Origin: a virus
Strand: one strand, 5' to 3'
Virus record (IMG/VR): IMGVR_UViG_3300032213_001988
Span: 32,001-96,000 of that record
Length of the DNA stretch: 64,000 nucleotides
This document shows positions 9,666-19,045 of the stretch, one piece after another. The first letter of the stretch is position 1. Each line of letters starts with the position of its first letter. The notes beneath the pieces were generated by a model. That model saw only the letters and a program-made list of their open reading frames with translations. It was not told the origin of the DNA and did not search any database. A program made the position numbers and the translations under genes.

Positions 9666-10436
9666 TTAGGACGCGGCTTTCTTTGCTTTGGCTTCTGTCT
9701 TTTCGCCAAAAATCATGTCTAACATGCGCTCAATGCCAAGGTCTTGTTGTTCAACAATTTTACCAAGGCGTCCTTGAACACGCTCACCAGCTTCAAACTC
9801 GTCTGTTCGTTCGACGTACATACGACGAACTTTATACGGAGCTTGCAGTGGATCTGGGTTAGGAAAAGTCTCGACGTTGATTGCGCCAAGAATGTCGTAA
9901 AAGTATGGTGCCTGAATAGCAAGTTGACCCTGTAGGTACGGACGCATACGCCCGTCCTGGCCTGGTCGTGCCATAGCAGTAAGCACAACAGCTTCTAACG
10001 GTTGAGTTGGGTGCATTGTAAGGTCACGTAGGTCACGCAAAAGTGCGCCCATGTGACGAAGCAACTCGCCCCACTGTTGCATCTTCATCTGCTCTGTACC
10101 TGCAATTGAATCCATGCACTTCACTTGAAGCTCAGAGATAGAATCAATGATAAGAGATTTGAACTGATGCTTTCCAGTTTGTAACCACTGGAATGTTTTG
10201 ATAACAACGTCGTAGTCACGAACATTTACTACGACAGTGTCCCATGTGCCATCTGCGACTGGTGGTTCTTCGCGCAGAGGGTCCCAGTACCTTACGGTGA
10301 TAGGTAGGAATCGGTGCCCACCTTCAACGTCGAGCATGAGACGAGGATAGGGTGCAGTTACGGCAAAAGTTGACTTACCAACCTTTGACTCGCCATACAC
10401 CATGATAGTCAGCGAACGCTGTACTTCATTTGACAT
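9666..10436 (-). CDS. AAA_24/Sak4-like ATPase recombinase
   Basis: VYGESKVGKST Walker A, LDVEGG, IIDSISE. Confidence 0.8.
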   Translation of the reverse strand: MSNEVQRSLTIMVYGESKVGKSTFAVTAPYPRLMLDVEGGHRFLPITVRYWDPLREEPPVADGTWDTVVVNVRDYDVVIKTFQWLQTGKHQFKSLIIDSISELQVKCMDSIAGTEQMKMQQWGELLRHMGALLRDLRDLTMHPTQPLEAVVLTAMARPGQDGRMRPYLQGQLAIQAPYFYDILGAINVETFPNPDPLQAPYKVRRMYVERTDEFEAGERVQGRLGKIVEQQDLGIERMLDMIFGEKTEAKAKKAAS

Positions 10437-10439
10437 ACG

Positions 10440-11375
10440 TCACTCACTTCCTTTCTTCTCTTCGATGTGGTAATACCCGTATGGATCGGATGATTCATAC
10501 GCCTCGCTAAGTGCTTGTTCGGCGGCGCTTCCGTCGTCAAACATTGGGCATATAGCGAAAAATTGACATTTCCATTTGCAATCACGACTTGGTCGTGGAT
10601 ACGCAACAAGCTGATGAGATGATCCATCGTCTAAGGCTTGACGCACGTTGAGCATATCAGATAGTGTTCCATGAATACGTTGCCAGAAGTTACGTAACGC
10701 AAAAACATTGTGTCGAACTTCCATCTGCTCATAAAAAGGTGGTCGTGCATTTGCAGAGCGTTTTACCTTCTTAAGCATTGTAAAGATTCCGCCTTCAGAA
10801 CGTTCGCCTTCTTTGTTCTGTGCAGTCTCAAGCATCATATATGTAAGGATCTGCTCATTCATGTGCGCCATCGCCGCAAAGTCTGTGAATGACCCTCCAA
10901 CAGTCTTAAAGTCACGGAACATACGCACGCCGTCAGCCTTACGACGAACACGCATATCAATCTTGCCTTGAAGAATAACCTTGCCATCAAACAACGGCAT
11001 CTCGATAATTTCTTCTGTAGAGATCATCTCTAGCTCAGCATCAATTCCATTTTCTTCAATCCACTCAAGATATCCTTCGAGCATGATGCGCCCAAGCTCA
11101 GCCTCAGCGTCAAGATCATACGTATCTCTAATCTGCGCTTCTAGGTCTGCCTTATCCTTTGCAATAAGAGCAGAGTGCGCCTCAAGAAGAGGTATTCCTT
11201 TTGAGTAGTAGTCATCAAGCGCCTGGTGAATGCGAGAACCAAGCGCTAACGCACCAGTCTTTGACTCTGTGCGTGGACGTAAACGACGGTAGTAGCTTAG
11301 CCACCACTTACGTCGACAATCCTTAAATGTTTGGATCTCTGAGTTTGATATGCGTATTGGTTCTACTACGCTCAT
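10440..11375 (-). CDS. PD-(D/E)XK exonuclease (RecB/Cas4-like)
   Basis: ISNSEIQTFKDCRRKW, GSRIH, GKID, DFKT, C-terminal CKWKCQF..C. Confidence 0.85.
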   Translation of the reverse strand: MSVVEPIRISNSEIQTFKDCRRKWWLSYYRRLRPRTESKTGALALGSRIHQALDDYYSKGIPLLEAHSALIAKDKADLEAQIRDTYDLDAEAELGRIMLEGYLEWIEENGIDAELEMISTEEIIEMPLFDGKVILQGKIDMRVRRKADGVRMFRDFKTVGGSFTDFAAMAHMNEQILTYMMLETAQNKEGERSEGGIFTMLKKVKRSANARPPFYEQMEVRHNVFALRNFWQRIHGTLSDMLNVRQALDDGSSHQLVAYPRPSRDCKWKCQFFAICPMFDDGSAAEQALSEAYESSDPYGYYHIEEKKGSE

Positions 11376-13177
11376 AGCTTTCCTGCCTTGTCGTCTTTAA
11401 GTAGTGATAACAATTGTGCCTTATCGCGAACGATTTGCTCAAAGTTATCAGCCTTGGTTTCAAGGACTTGAATTACGCGTTCCTCAATAGTTCCTTCAGT
11501 AACATAGTCACTAATGATAATTGAGTCATGAATCTCAGAACCAATGCGGTGCACACGGTCAAGAGCTTGCTTGTGATCAACAAGTGACCAAGGGCGCTGC
11601 AGCATGATTAAACGACGTGCTGCAGTTAGCGTGATTCCAACACCACCAGCCTGCGCTGTAAAAAGTATCCACTTGATCTTGCCAGCCTGAAAATCATCAA
11701 CCGCTTGTTGACGTTCATCCTCAGACTGAGCACCAGTGATGAGACCATGTGGAATTTTTTCCTTAGTCATTTCTGCACTAAGTAAATCTATAAGTTGGCG
11801 TGATACCGCGCATACTGCAACTGAGTCATCGCCAAAGTCGCCGTTCTTAATATCATCCATAACTGCATCAACCTTGCATGATGGGCCAATAAGTGTTACC
11901 TTGCTCTCACCGGTTGTCTCATCAACGCTCATTTCAGCGAAAGAACTTGCAAACTGCAGCAACCTTATTGTTTGTGTTAAAGGGCTAGGTGCTGTAACTG
12001 ACTCACCGTCCTCGAGTTCAGCAATCATAAGATCACGCATCTGGTCATAAGCTTTCTTTTGCTTAGTGGACATTTCTACGTCCTTGCGTTCAAACATCAT
12101 TTCTGGAAGCCAAGGAAGAACCTTTTGCTTAAGCATACGACGCATACGCGGATTTATCGCCGCGTAGAACTCTTGTTCCATGTGAGGCTTTACACCTAGA
12201 ACCATCATTCCGCCAAAGGCATTCATCATTGTGTTAATCATGCGGTCAATCCAACGCGTCTTACTTGGCCATTCATCTGGTGATAACCAGTGCAATATAG
12301 ACCACATATCTAATACGTTATTGGCGATAGGTGTTCCTGTAAGAGCAAACCGAATATCAGCGTCACCTGTTGCCGCCCAAAGAGCACGAGTTTGTTTTGA
12401 CTTAGGCTCCTTAGATCTGTGGATCTCATCAGCAACGACTGCCTTAAAGTCAATTGTGTTTAATTCACGCAGGTGAACCTCGCAGCGATTCTCTGAAACT
12501 CTATCATCGTGGCCACCGCACTCTGGGCACTTTGCAAGTGCAATTGAACCGTAGCCAGAAAGACGAGAATGCGAGCGCAGAGATTCCCAGTTAATGACGT
12601 ATACGTCAGCCTCTTCCTCAAAAATCTTGCGACGTTGAGTTGCAGAACCTTTAATAACTTCTACATCAACTCCAGGCCACCAGCGTTCAAACTCACGCTT
12701 CCAGTTTTTCTTCAATGTATTAGGGCAAACGATTAACGCAGGAAATACGTCTTCACCGCGATCTTGTAGTTCTTTAAGTGCACGGATCGCCTGTGCTGTC
12801 TTGCCAAGGCCAGGTTCATCTGCAAGCAGCGCACGTCGGGCTACTGCTAGAAACTTTACGCCAGCTCGCTGGTGCGGGAATAGATCCTCGTTAGAGCCGT
12901 CCTCAATTACTTCTAGTTCACGTAGTTCGTTTGCTGGCGTAATTCTACTTGAAACCTCCTGCCCTGCCCATACGGCTAACCTTGGGCCGATTACGAGATC
13001 ATCGCGAAACGTTGAGCGCAAAGCTAGGCAGGTTGCCCAGGATGTAGGAACGCGCCATTGCTGCTCTTTAGGGTCCCACTTAGAACCAGGGATACTTTTG
13101 CAAAGCTCCTTAAAGCGCCACTCTGTATGGATAACTACATTCTTACCCAGTTCATCGAGCTCTACGTTTACTGGCAC
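11372..13177 (-). CDS. SNF2-family DEAD/H helicase
   Basis: ADEPGLGKT, ADEIH, LTGTP, AGGVGITL, QALDRVHRIG. Confidence 0.9.
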   Translation of the reverse strand: MPVNVELDELGKNVVIHTEWRFKELCKSIPGSKWDPKEQQWRVPTSWATCLALRSTFRDDLVIGPRLAVWAGQEVSSRITPANELRELEVIEDGSNEDLFPHQRAGVKFLAVARRALLADEPGLGKTAQAIRALKELQDRGEDVFPALIVCPNTLKKNWKREFERWWPGVDVEVIKGSATQRRKIFEEEADVYVINWESLRSHSRLSGYGSIALAKCPECGGHDDRVSENRCEVHLRELNTIDFKAVVADEIHRSKEPKSKQTRALWAATGDADIRFALTGTPIANNVLDMWSILHWLSPDEWPSKTRWIDRMINTMMNAFGGMMVLGVKPHMEQEFYAAINPRMRRMLKQKVLPWLPEMMFERKDVEMSTKQKKAYDQMRDLMIAELEDGESVTAPSPLTQTIRLLQFASSFAEMSVDETTGESKVTLIGPSCKVDAVMDDIKNGDFGDDSVAVCAVSRQLIDLLSAEMTKEKIPHGLITGAQSEDERQQAVDDFQAGKIKWILFTAQAGGVGITLTAARRLIMLQRPWSLVDHKQALDRVHRIGSEIHDSIIISDYVTEGTIEERVIQVLETKADNFEQIVRDKAQLLSLLKDDKAGKL

Positions 13178-13206
13178 CTATTGGTCCTCTCGTCGTTACG
13201 TAATAC

Positions 13207-13217
13207 ATACTATCAGG
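13207..13217 (-). promoter_or_regulatory. Extended -10 promoter variant CCTGATAGTAT for helicase/recombination operon
   Basis: Variant of the early promoter, followed by the same AACGACGA leader and RBS. Confidence 0.55.
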
Positions 13218-13276
13218 ATTTGCACTTTTGTAAATACTATTTATGCTTAGTATCTATGGAAATAATATATCACGTA

Positions 13277-13732
13277 TTACTGCAATAAACGCACTGGCTT
13301 CCAGCCTGTTTTTACAAGTTTAAGTAGACCGTGCCTTATCGCGTCAAGTGCGTGACCTTCTCCACCTTTGTGCCAGTACTCAAGTTTCTTGAGCTTAGGA
13401 TTGTCAAACATTGCCTTTGCATCTGCCGGTGATTGAAAGTAGATGTCATCTGGCTTTCTACCTGCGTCCATAAGGCACTGCTTAAGGATGCCAATTTGCT
13501 CAAGCGAGTACGGCGCCTGTGAGTTGCGAACCGTCTGCGCGTTAATGGTAAATCGCTCACACACAACGTCTAAAGTGTCCCCGTAAGAGGCTAGAGTGTC
13601 CCGTATAGGCTTGGCGTATTCCTCCTGTTGGAATTCACCAGACCAGATTAAAACCGGCTCCTGGCCGCTCTCAAGGCTAAATAAAGCCATTCCAGTGGAT
13701 TTCCCTGGGTCTACTGCAAGAACGTATCTCAT
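13277..13732 (-). CDS. RuvC-like Holliday junction resolvase
   Basis: VLAVDPGKSTG, VVCERF, HALDAIRH. Confidence 0.75.
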   Translation of the reverse strand: MRYVLAVDPGKSTGMALFSLESGQEPVLIWSGEFQQEEYAKPIRDTLASYGDTLDVVCERFTINAQTVRNSQAPYSLEQIGILKQCLMDAGRKPDDIYFQSPADAKAMFDNPKLKKLEYWHKGGEGHALDAIRHGLLKLVKTGWKPVRLLQ

Positions 13733-15555
13733 TAGTATTTATCTCCCCAAGTCTCCATTGGACCGTCAATACCGGCGGTAAGTGGGACGTCCCAACCCTC
13801 AGTTGTAGTCATGCATTGTTTAACAACTTGCATAATCTCCTGGGCGTCCTCGCGTGGTGCGTTAAGAACAATTTCGTCGTGTACTGGCACGATAAGAAGC
13901 TCGGTTAGATCTGCCTGGTCAAGTTTAATAAGATTTGCCTTGAACACCTCGGCAGCTCCACCTTGAATGAGATAGTTAACAAGTGTGTACGCGCGATCTT
14001 CATCACAAGGTAGGCGTCGACCTGTCCAGGTGTAGACGTATCCTTGTCCCTCTGCCTTCAAGCGTCTCATTCCAGCATCTTCAATTTGACGTTGAAAGAG
14101 CGCCATGCCAGGGAAGCGTAGATCAAACGCGTCTGATGTTTGGCGCATCTGTGGCTCAGTAACTCCTGCTGTTAACGCCTGCTTAGCAACTCCTGCTCCG
14201 TAGAGACGTCCATACACAGTTCCCTTAATTAGGTTACGGCGCTTATCTGACCGTTGCATCGTTGGATCTCCGTAGATTTCACGACCAATTTCAGTGAAAG
14301 GATCTGACCCTGTTGCATCTGCACGGTTAAAGAGCGTGATGAGATTTGGGTCCTGTGAGAGGGAGGCAAACATTCTAAATTCAACCTGGTCAAGGTCTGA
14401 GGTAATGATGACATGATCCTTATCCTTTGGTATGAATGCGGTGCGAACAGTTGCGTCGCCTTTAGGCAACGTCTGTAGCGCAGGGTTTTGGATTGACATG
14501 CGGGAGGTACGAGCGCCAAGCGTCTTTACAGAGGGATGTACAAAACCGTTCACGTTGTCATTGATAAAGTTTGCAAAGTATGTGTTGGCAAGCTTATCTG
14601 CCTTGCGTTGTTTTAGCACCACATCAGCGAGATTCTTTACGTCAGCGTTGCCTGAGATTGCAAGAAATGCAAGTTGGTCCTTATCGGCAGATTTTTGACC
14701 AGATGCTGTAAATGTTGTGATCTCTGCACCAAGCGACTCGAACAAGCGAACAAGTTGAATGTTACTTGTGATTGATACTCCGTTATACGTTTTCTTTGCC
14801 CAGTCTTTTACGGACTCTGCATACGCAGTTAGTTCATCAAACTTCTTCCTTGAGTAGTCAAGATCAATACGTGCGCCGTTAATCTCCATGCGGGTGACAA
14901 TCTTGCGCGCAGCCATTTCCAATTCATATGCACGATGATAAGGCTGTCCTGGCCCGCACTTCTCCCAGAACTGTTCCCATATGCGCATTGTTAAAACTGT
15001 GTCAAGTGCACCGTAAGCCCAATAAGGCTGGAAGTTTGTAGGGACAGTTCCCCATGTCCAGCCGTTTGTTGCTAGTGATGTATCAAGAGTTTCCTGCATT
15101 GCAGCTGCGCGTCCATCAACGTAAAGTGACGCAAGACGTTTTAACGCACCTGAGCCAAGAGGATCAATAATGTGCGCCATAATCATCGTGTCGTGTGCGC
15201 GTTCCCACGGCATCTTCCAGGTTGAGTGAACATCAAACCAACGAGCTTCAAACGCAATGTTATGGCAGACTATTGGGCCATCAAACTTATCCATAGCCTC
15301 GTAAAAAACACCAGACCATTCCTTCCAAGGAATTGCCCAACCTGTTAATCCATCGCCTACCTGCACTAAACGTAGTTGCCCGTGCCAAGGAGATAGAGCG
15401 TCCTTACGCTCACCACCTGGATTCTCACCAGTTTCAGTGTCAATTGAAATTGCGTTGTGAGGGCGACGTTCACCTAGCCACGCAATAAACTCGCGCGCGG
15501 TATCAACGTTATCAACGAGATGTAGTTTTACGTCGCTTAGTCCTGTAGTTGTCAT
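13732..15555 (-). CDS. polA: Family A DNA polymerase (3'-5' exo plus pol domains)
   Basis: DTET, HNIAFE, motif A SDLDQVEFR, motif B KGTVYGRLYG, motif C VHDE. Confidence 0.92.
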   Translation of the reverse strand: MTTTGLSDVKLHLVDNVDTAREFIAWLGERRPHNAISIDTETGENPGGERKDALSPWHGQLRLVQVGDGLTGWAIPWKEWSGVFYEAMDKFDGPIVCHNIAFEARWFDVHSTWKMPWERAHDTMIMAHIIDPLGSGALKRLASLYVDGRAAAMQETLDTSLATNGWTWGTVPTNFQPYWAYGALDTVLTMRIWEQFWEKCGPGQPYHRAYELEMAARKIVTRMEINGARIDLDYSRKKFDELTAYAESVKDWAKKTYNGVSITSNIQLVRLFESLGAEITTFTASGQKSADKDQLAFLAISGNADVKNLADVVLKQRKADKLANTYFANFINDNVNGFVHPSVKTLGARTSRMSIQNPALQTLPKGDATVRTAFIPKDKDHVIITSDLDQVEFRMFASLSQDPNLITLFNRADATGSDPFTEIGREIYGDPTMQRSDKRRNLIKGTVYGRLYGAGVAKQALTAGVTEPQMRQTSDAFDLRFPGMALFQRQIEDAGMRRLKAEGQGYVYTWTGRRLPCDEDRAYTLVNYLIQGGAAEVFKANLIKLDQADLTELLIVPVHDEIVLNAPREDAQEIMQVVKQCMTTTEGWDVPLTAGIDGPMETWGDKY

Positions 15556-16026
15556 TTAATCCTCTAGTATCGTTACATCAATACTGCAATTTTTAAGATA
15601 ATCAATTGTAGCTTCTGGCTTTCGGTGAATTGCCTTACTGCCAACACGCATAACAACTCTTGCAACTCCTGAGTTAGACACAAGCTTTGCGCATTGTAGG
15701 CATGCTACGTCTGTTATGTATATTGTTCCACCTTCAATACGTGATCTATCAACGTATAAAAGAGCATTTGCTTCTGCATGAATTGACGGACACGTGTCAT
15801 ACATGTTATCTAGTGGTACAAGACCTTGCGCACGCGGGCACCACTCAATGCAGTCGCCCTCAACGTCAAGAGTTGCAGCAGGCCCATTATACCCGGTAGA
15901 CGCAACGCGCTGGTTGGAAGAAACTACAACCGCGCCAATCTGTGCACGAGAACAACGTGAACGTTTAGCAATGGTGTCTGCTACGTCCATCCATACCTTG
16001 TCCCATGAAGGTCTATCTAAGCTCAA
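15556..16026 (-). CDS. dCMP deaminase
   Basis: SWD..WM..A...RSRC..GAVV..TGYNG..HAEANAL..ACLQC. Confidence 0.9.
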   Translation of the reverse strand: MSLDRPSWDKVWMDVADTIAKRSRCSRAQIGAVVVSSNQRVASTGYNGPAATLDVEGDCIEWCPRAQGLVPLDNMYDTCPSIHAEANALLYVDRSRIEGGTIYITDVACLQCAKLVSNSGVARVVMRVGSKAIHRKPEATIDYLKNCSIDVTILED

Positions 16027-16256
16027 AACGGAACATCTCCCTTATCATCGTCATCATCAATGTGACCGTACTCGTCCATTCCTTCGTGAACTCCTGCAGC
16101 AAGAATATGCGCAACAATAGTTACAGCCTGTCGACGTGTAAAACCAGCACGCGTAAGTTCGCGATACATCTCATGCATCTGTAGTGCAGCCTCGCGCAAA
16201 GGACTTATATTAAAGTCCTCCTCGTTAAGACCGCCTTCTTTCTTATTGTCCGTCAT
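16023..16256 (-). CDS. Small acidic hypothetical protein
   Basis: Translationally coupled on both sides. Confidence 0.65.
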   Translation of the reverse strand: MTDNKKEGGLNEEDFNISPLREAALQMHEMYRELTRAGFTRRQAVTIVAHILAAGVHEGMDEYGHIDDDDDKGDVPF

Positions 16257-17134
16257 TATTTACTTTTCTTGTCTGCTTGCTTTTCATCCTTCTGTAAGTT
16301 ATTTAGAACAGCGCGTTTCATCGAGTCAGTATACCACTTCTCAGCGTCGTTAAGACGCGCATACGTTGGCTCACTCACAGTTGCCTGCATTGCAAGCATG
16401 GCAGATGACTTAACCTCGTTCCAGGTGCGTCCAGTGATTGCAGGAATTGTCGGGCTATGCAGTGCGTGTGCAAGCTTATCTGCTGAGGCGTAGTGCTGCT
16501 CATAAATGTGAAGTGATCCTACGTGGTGATTGTATGTTCCAGGCTCGATACCTAAAACAGATGCCATAGCAATTTGCACGCGAGTAAACTGGAAGAAGTC
16601 ATACGCTGCACCTAGCCATACATCGTTTGAGCGCATATACACACTCATGTTAAGCTTGTTATTACGAATACGGAACTGATGCAGGATTGTGCAAGGGTAG
16701 TCACGCTTTCGTTCCTGTAGGTCAAGCTGCGGGTTCCAAATTGTAACTACTGCCTGTCGTGTATCAGGGTCTTGCATAAGTCTGTCAATAATCATGTCGT
16801 ATTGCCCTGCAGTTCGAGGACCGTATGCTCCGTGAAATAAACCGTTGTCCTCCGCGTAGTTTGCAAACTGCGGGCCAACGGAGATAACTAAGTCTGGAAT
16901 AGTTACACCTGCAAGAAGTTGACACGCCTCAACCGCACCGATGCCAGGAACTGTTCCTCGACCAACCTCAAGAGGTAAGGTGTTAAACACGTTGTCAATG
17001 CGAATAATCGCATCCTCGATCTCAAGGGTCTTCATACCACGTGGAGCAACCTCCTTGCCGTGCTCAAGTACATGCTTAACAAGATCAACGTATCCGTTGA
17101 CTCCGTCTTCTATATTTATTATCGCAGTATCCAT
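16256..17134 (-). CDS. Thymidylate synthase homolog, dCMP-specific type (dCMP hydroxymethylase/methylase)
   Basis: YPCT (Cys148), MRSNDVWLGAAYD (Asp179 at the TS Asn position), GSLHIY. Confidence 0.8.
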   Translation of the reverse strand: MDTAIINIEDGVNGYVDLVKHVLEHGKEVAPRGMKTLEIEDAIIRIDNVFNTLPLEVGRGTVPGIGAVEACQLLAGVTIPDLVISVGPQFANYAEDNGLFHGAYGPRTAGQYDMIIDRLMQDPDTRQAVVTIWNPQLDLQERKRDYPCTILHQFRIRNNKLNMSVYMRSNDVWLGAAYDFFQFTRVQIAMASVLGIEPGTYNHHVGSLHIYEQHYASADKLAHALHSPTIPAITGRTWNEVKSSAMLAMQATVSEPTYARLNDAEKWYTDSMKRAVLNNLQKDEKQADKKSK

Positions 17135-18132
17135 GCGTCATCCTTTTCTTGTAGTGTAGCAACTCGTAGAATTGCATCTCCGTATTCTTCCTTGCTTTTG
17201 TTAAAGAACCTACGCACATACTGCGGGTGAGGCAGAACAGAGTAGTAGTCCTCGTGTACGGGAATTGACGCCAACGTCTTCTCCGCAAGACGCCCAAGAA
17301 CAACTATTCTTGGGAAACCTAACGTTCTCCATAACTTTAAGAAGGAGTCCTTCACACCTTCATCGTTTATATTGACGATGCCCACGGCACGCCAAAGCTC
17401 CTCGGACATTGCAGTAAGTAGATACTCCGCAGAGTTACCATCAACAGGCATAAACGGAAGTTTTGTTTCCTCGCCGTATTTCTTTACGATGTTACGCGTA
17501 TCTCCAATAAGCAGCACCTTCGGGCTTGGGTTTCCAATATAGTATGGAAAAGGCTCGAGCTTGGCTGCCATTAACTCAACCTGCTCCGCGCTATCAACTA
17601 TATACTTTGCAACCTCAGGTATAAGATCAATGCTGTCTGCTGGAGGCTCAATCTTTGCAATGATGTTTGATGAGCCACAGGCAATTTCATATTGTTTAAG
17701 AATATCACTGAGGTCATCTACGTCTACAAAGTCGTCGCCGCGAGAGGCAAGACGCTGCTGAATAACATCAAGAGGCTGATATAGCCAAAATTGAGCAACG
17801 CCACGAGACATAAGGAAGAGTTCAACCCAACGCCAACCGGCCTTGCCTAATAGACCATATCCATCCTTGTTTGTACTTGGGCGAAACTTAGGAGCGTATG
17901 TTACTTCGCCCCAGTGCCAACGATCTGATAATCCAATTTTATTAAACCAATTTATTGGTTCAATTGACATGACGTAGTCGTTTAACACCCAACGGCGTGT
18001 TTGTTCTTCAGGACGCCCCTTGTGAAAAAGACGCGTTGGAGTAGTTGCAAAGCGCTCGTTAAGCTCGTGCTCAACTGCAGCGATAAGAGAGCTCTTACCC
18101 GATGCGTCGGTACCTTCGATTACTATAAACAT
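17119..18132 (-). CDS. dNMP kinase fused to uracil-DNA-glycosylase-superfamily-like domain
   Basis: EGTDASGKSS P-loop, DRWHWGE; then GNPSPKVLLIGD..LPF..IVVLGR.A..HPQY. Confidence 0.7.
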   Translation of the reverse strand: MFIVIEGTDASGKSSLIAAVEHELNERFATTPTRLFHKGRPEEQTRRWVLNDYVMSIEPINWFNKIGLSDRWHWGEVTYAPKFRPSTNKDGYGLLGKAGWRWVELFLMSRGVAQFWLYQPLDVIQQRLASRGDDFVDVDDLSDILKQYEIACGSSNIIAKIEPPADSIDLIPEVAKYIVDSAEQVELMAAKLEPFPYYIGNPSPKVLLIGDTRNIVKKYGEETKLPFMPVDGNSAEYLLTAMSEELWRAVGIVNINDEGVKDSFLKLWRTLGFPRIVVLGRLAEKTLASIPVHEDYYSVLPHPQYVRRFFNKSKEEYGDAILRVATLQEKDDAWILR

Positions 18133-18161
18133 CTTGTCCTTTTGTCCTTAGTAGAATGATT

Positions 18162-18173
18162 ATAACACGTTAA
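18162..18173. promoter_or_regulatory. Near-palindrome ATAACACGTTAA overlapping extended -10 of kinase/TS/polymerase operon
   Basis: Minus strand reads TGTTATAAT; matches elements at 52333 and 54357. Confidence 0.5.
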
Positions 18174-18179
18174 ATTGTC

Positions 18180-18650
18180 TTAGGGAATAAGCTCAATTCT
18201 GTACATCTTTTCAATACCTTTATCCTTAATAGACGCCTCCTCAAGTAAGCGCTCTGCAACCTTAGTAAGATAGCGAGCGCCACCTTGGTCATACTTGTAT
18301 AGCGCCTCAAGCACCGCGTCTGGCTCATCGGATACCTGTGCCCAGTATCTTGGCTTCTCTGGAAACACGAGATCAACCTCGAACGTAGGGTTGCACTGCT
18401 CGCAAGGAACTGAGTCTGCATCTAGATTATTAACAGGCCCCTCAGATAGGCCGTATCTTTTTACAAGAGGGCAAGCTGCACCGTGAAATACAAGCGATAT
18501 TCCAATGCGCGAAAGAATGTATGCGCCGTTCTCTGTCTTATAGAGCTCGAACTCGATCCAGCGAGTAGAACCACGACGCCAGGAGGAAGACGAGGCTAGA
18601 AGTTTGCCGTTGAACTGCAGTATGCGAGTTCCGTCTTTTACCTCAAACAA
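18180..18650 (-). CDS. Hypothetical protein, 156 aa
   Basis: AAGGGG RBS, TTG start. Confidence 0.7.
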   Translation of the reverse strand: MFEVKDGTRILQFNGKLLASSSSWRRGSTRWIEFELYKTENGAYILSRIGISLVFHGAACPLVKRYGLSEGPVNNLDADSVPCEQCNPTFEVDLVFPEKPRYWAQVSDEPDAVLEALYKYDQGGARYLTKVAERLLEEASIKDKGIEKMYRIELIP

Positions 18651-18721
18651 TTATTGTCCCCTTAGTCATAACGTCGTTAGACGTAAATAGTATCATAAAA
18701 TCTGTGCTACAGCGACTAGTA

Positions 18722-19045
18722 CTACTCATTTTCTTGTCCTCTGTCTATGCGCATTGGATTTTCTGTTGCATACTTTATACAAAAATTCATAACTTCTAGC
18801 ATTTTCATAGATACGTCAGGTCCGGCTAGAGTTTGCGCGTCCATGAACTCTGCAACTCCTCTAAAGTATAGGCTTACTTTATTAAAGTAATCTTCAATAG
18901 ATGTAGGGTCTGCCTCTAGGGCTTCCTTGTGAGAGCATTCTGAGTAGCTTAACGCCTCGTTGTCCTTATAGACTACTCTGTATATCTTAGGGTACCCGTT
19001 ATCACCTTCGTCGATTATTGTTGTGTATCTTACCTCAAGTGCCAT
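18722..19045 (-). CDS. Hypothetical protein, 107 aa
   Basis: Coupled to end of tail fibre gene. Confidence 0.7.
   Translation of the reverse strand: MALEVRYTTIIDEGDNGYPKIYRVVYKDNEALSYSECSHKEALEADPTSIEDYFNKVSLYFRGVAEFMDAQTLAGPDVSMKMLEVMNFCIKYATENPMRIDRGQENE

Noticed and set aside
10440-11375. Cas4 as evidence of a CRISPR-Cas locus
   Set aside because: No other cas genes or array; it sits in an SSB-Sak4-helicase recombination module
16256-17134. Ordinary thymidylate synthase thyA
   Set aside because: Specificity position is Asp, not Asn, and the catalytic motif is PCT
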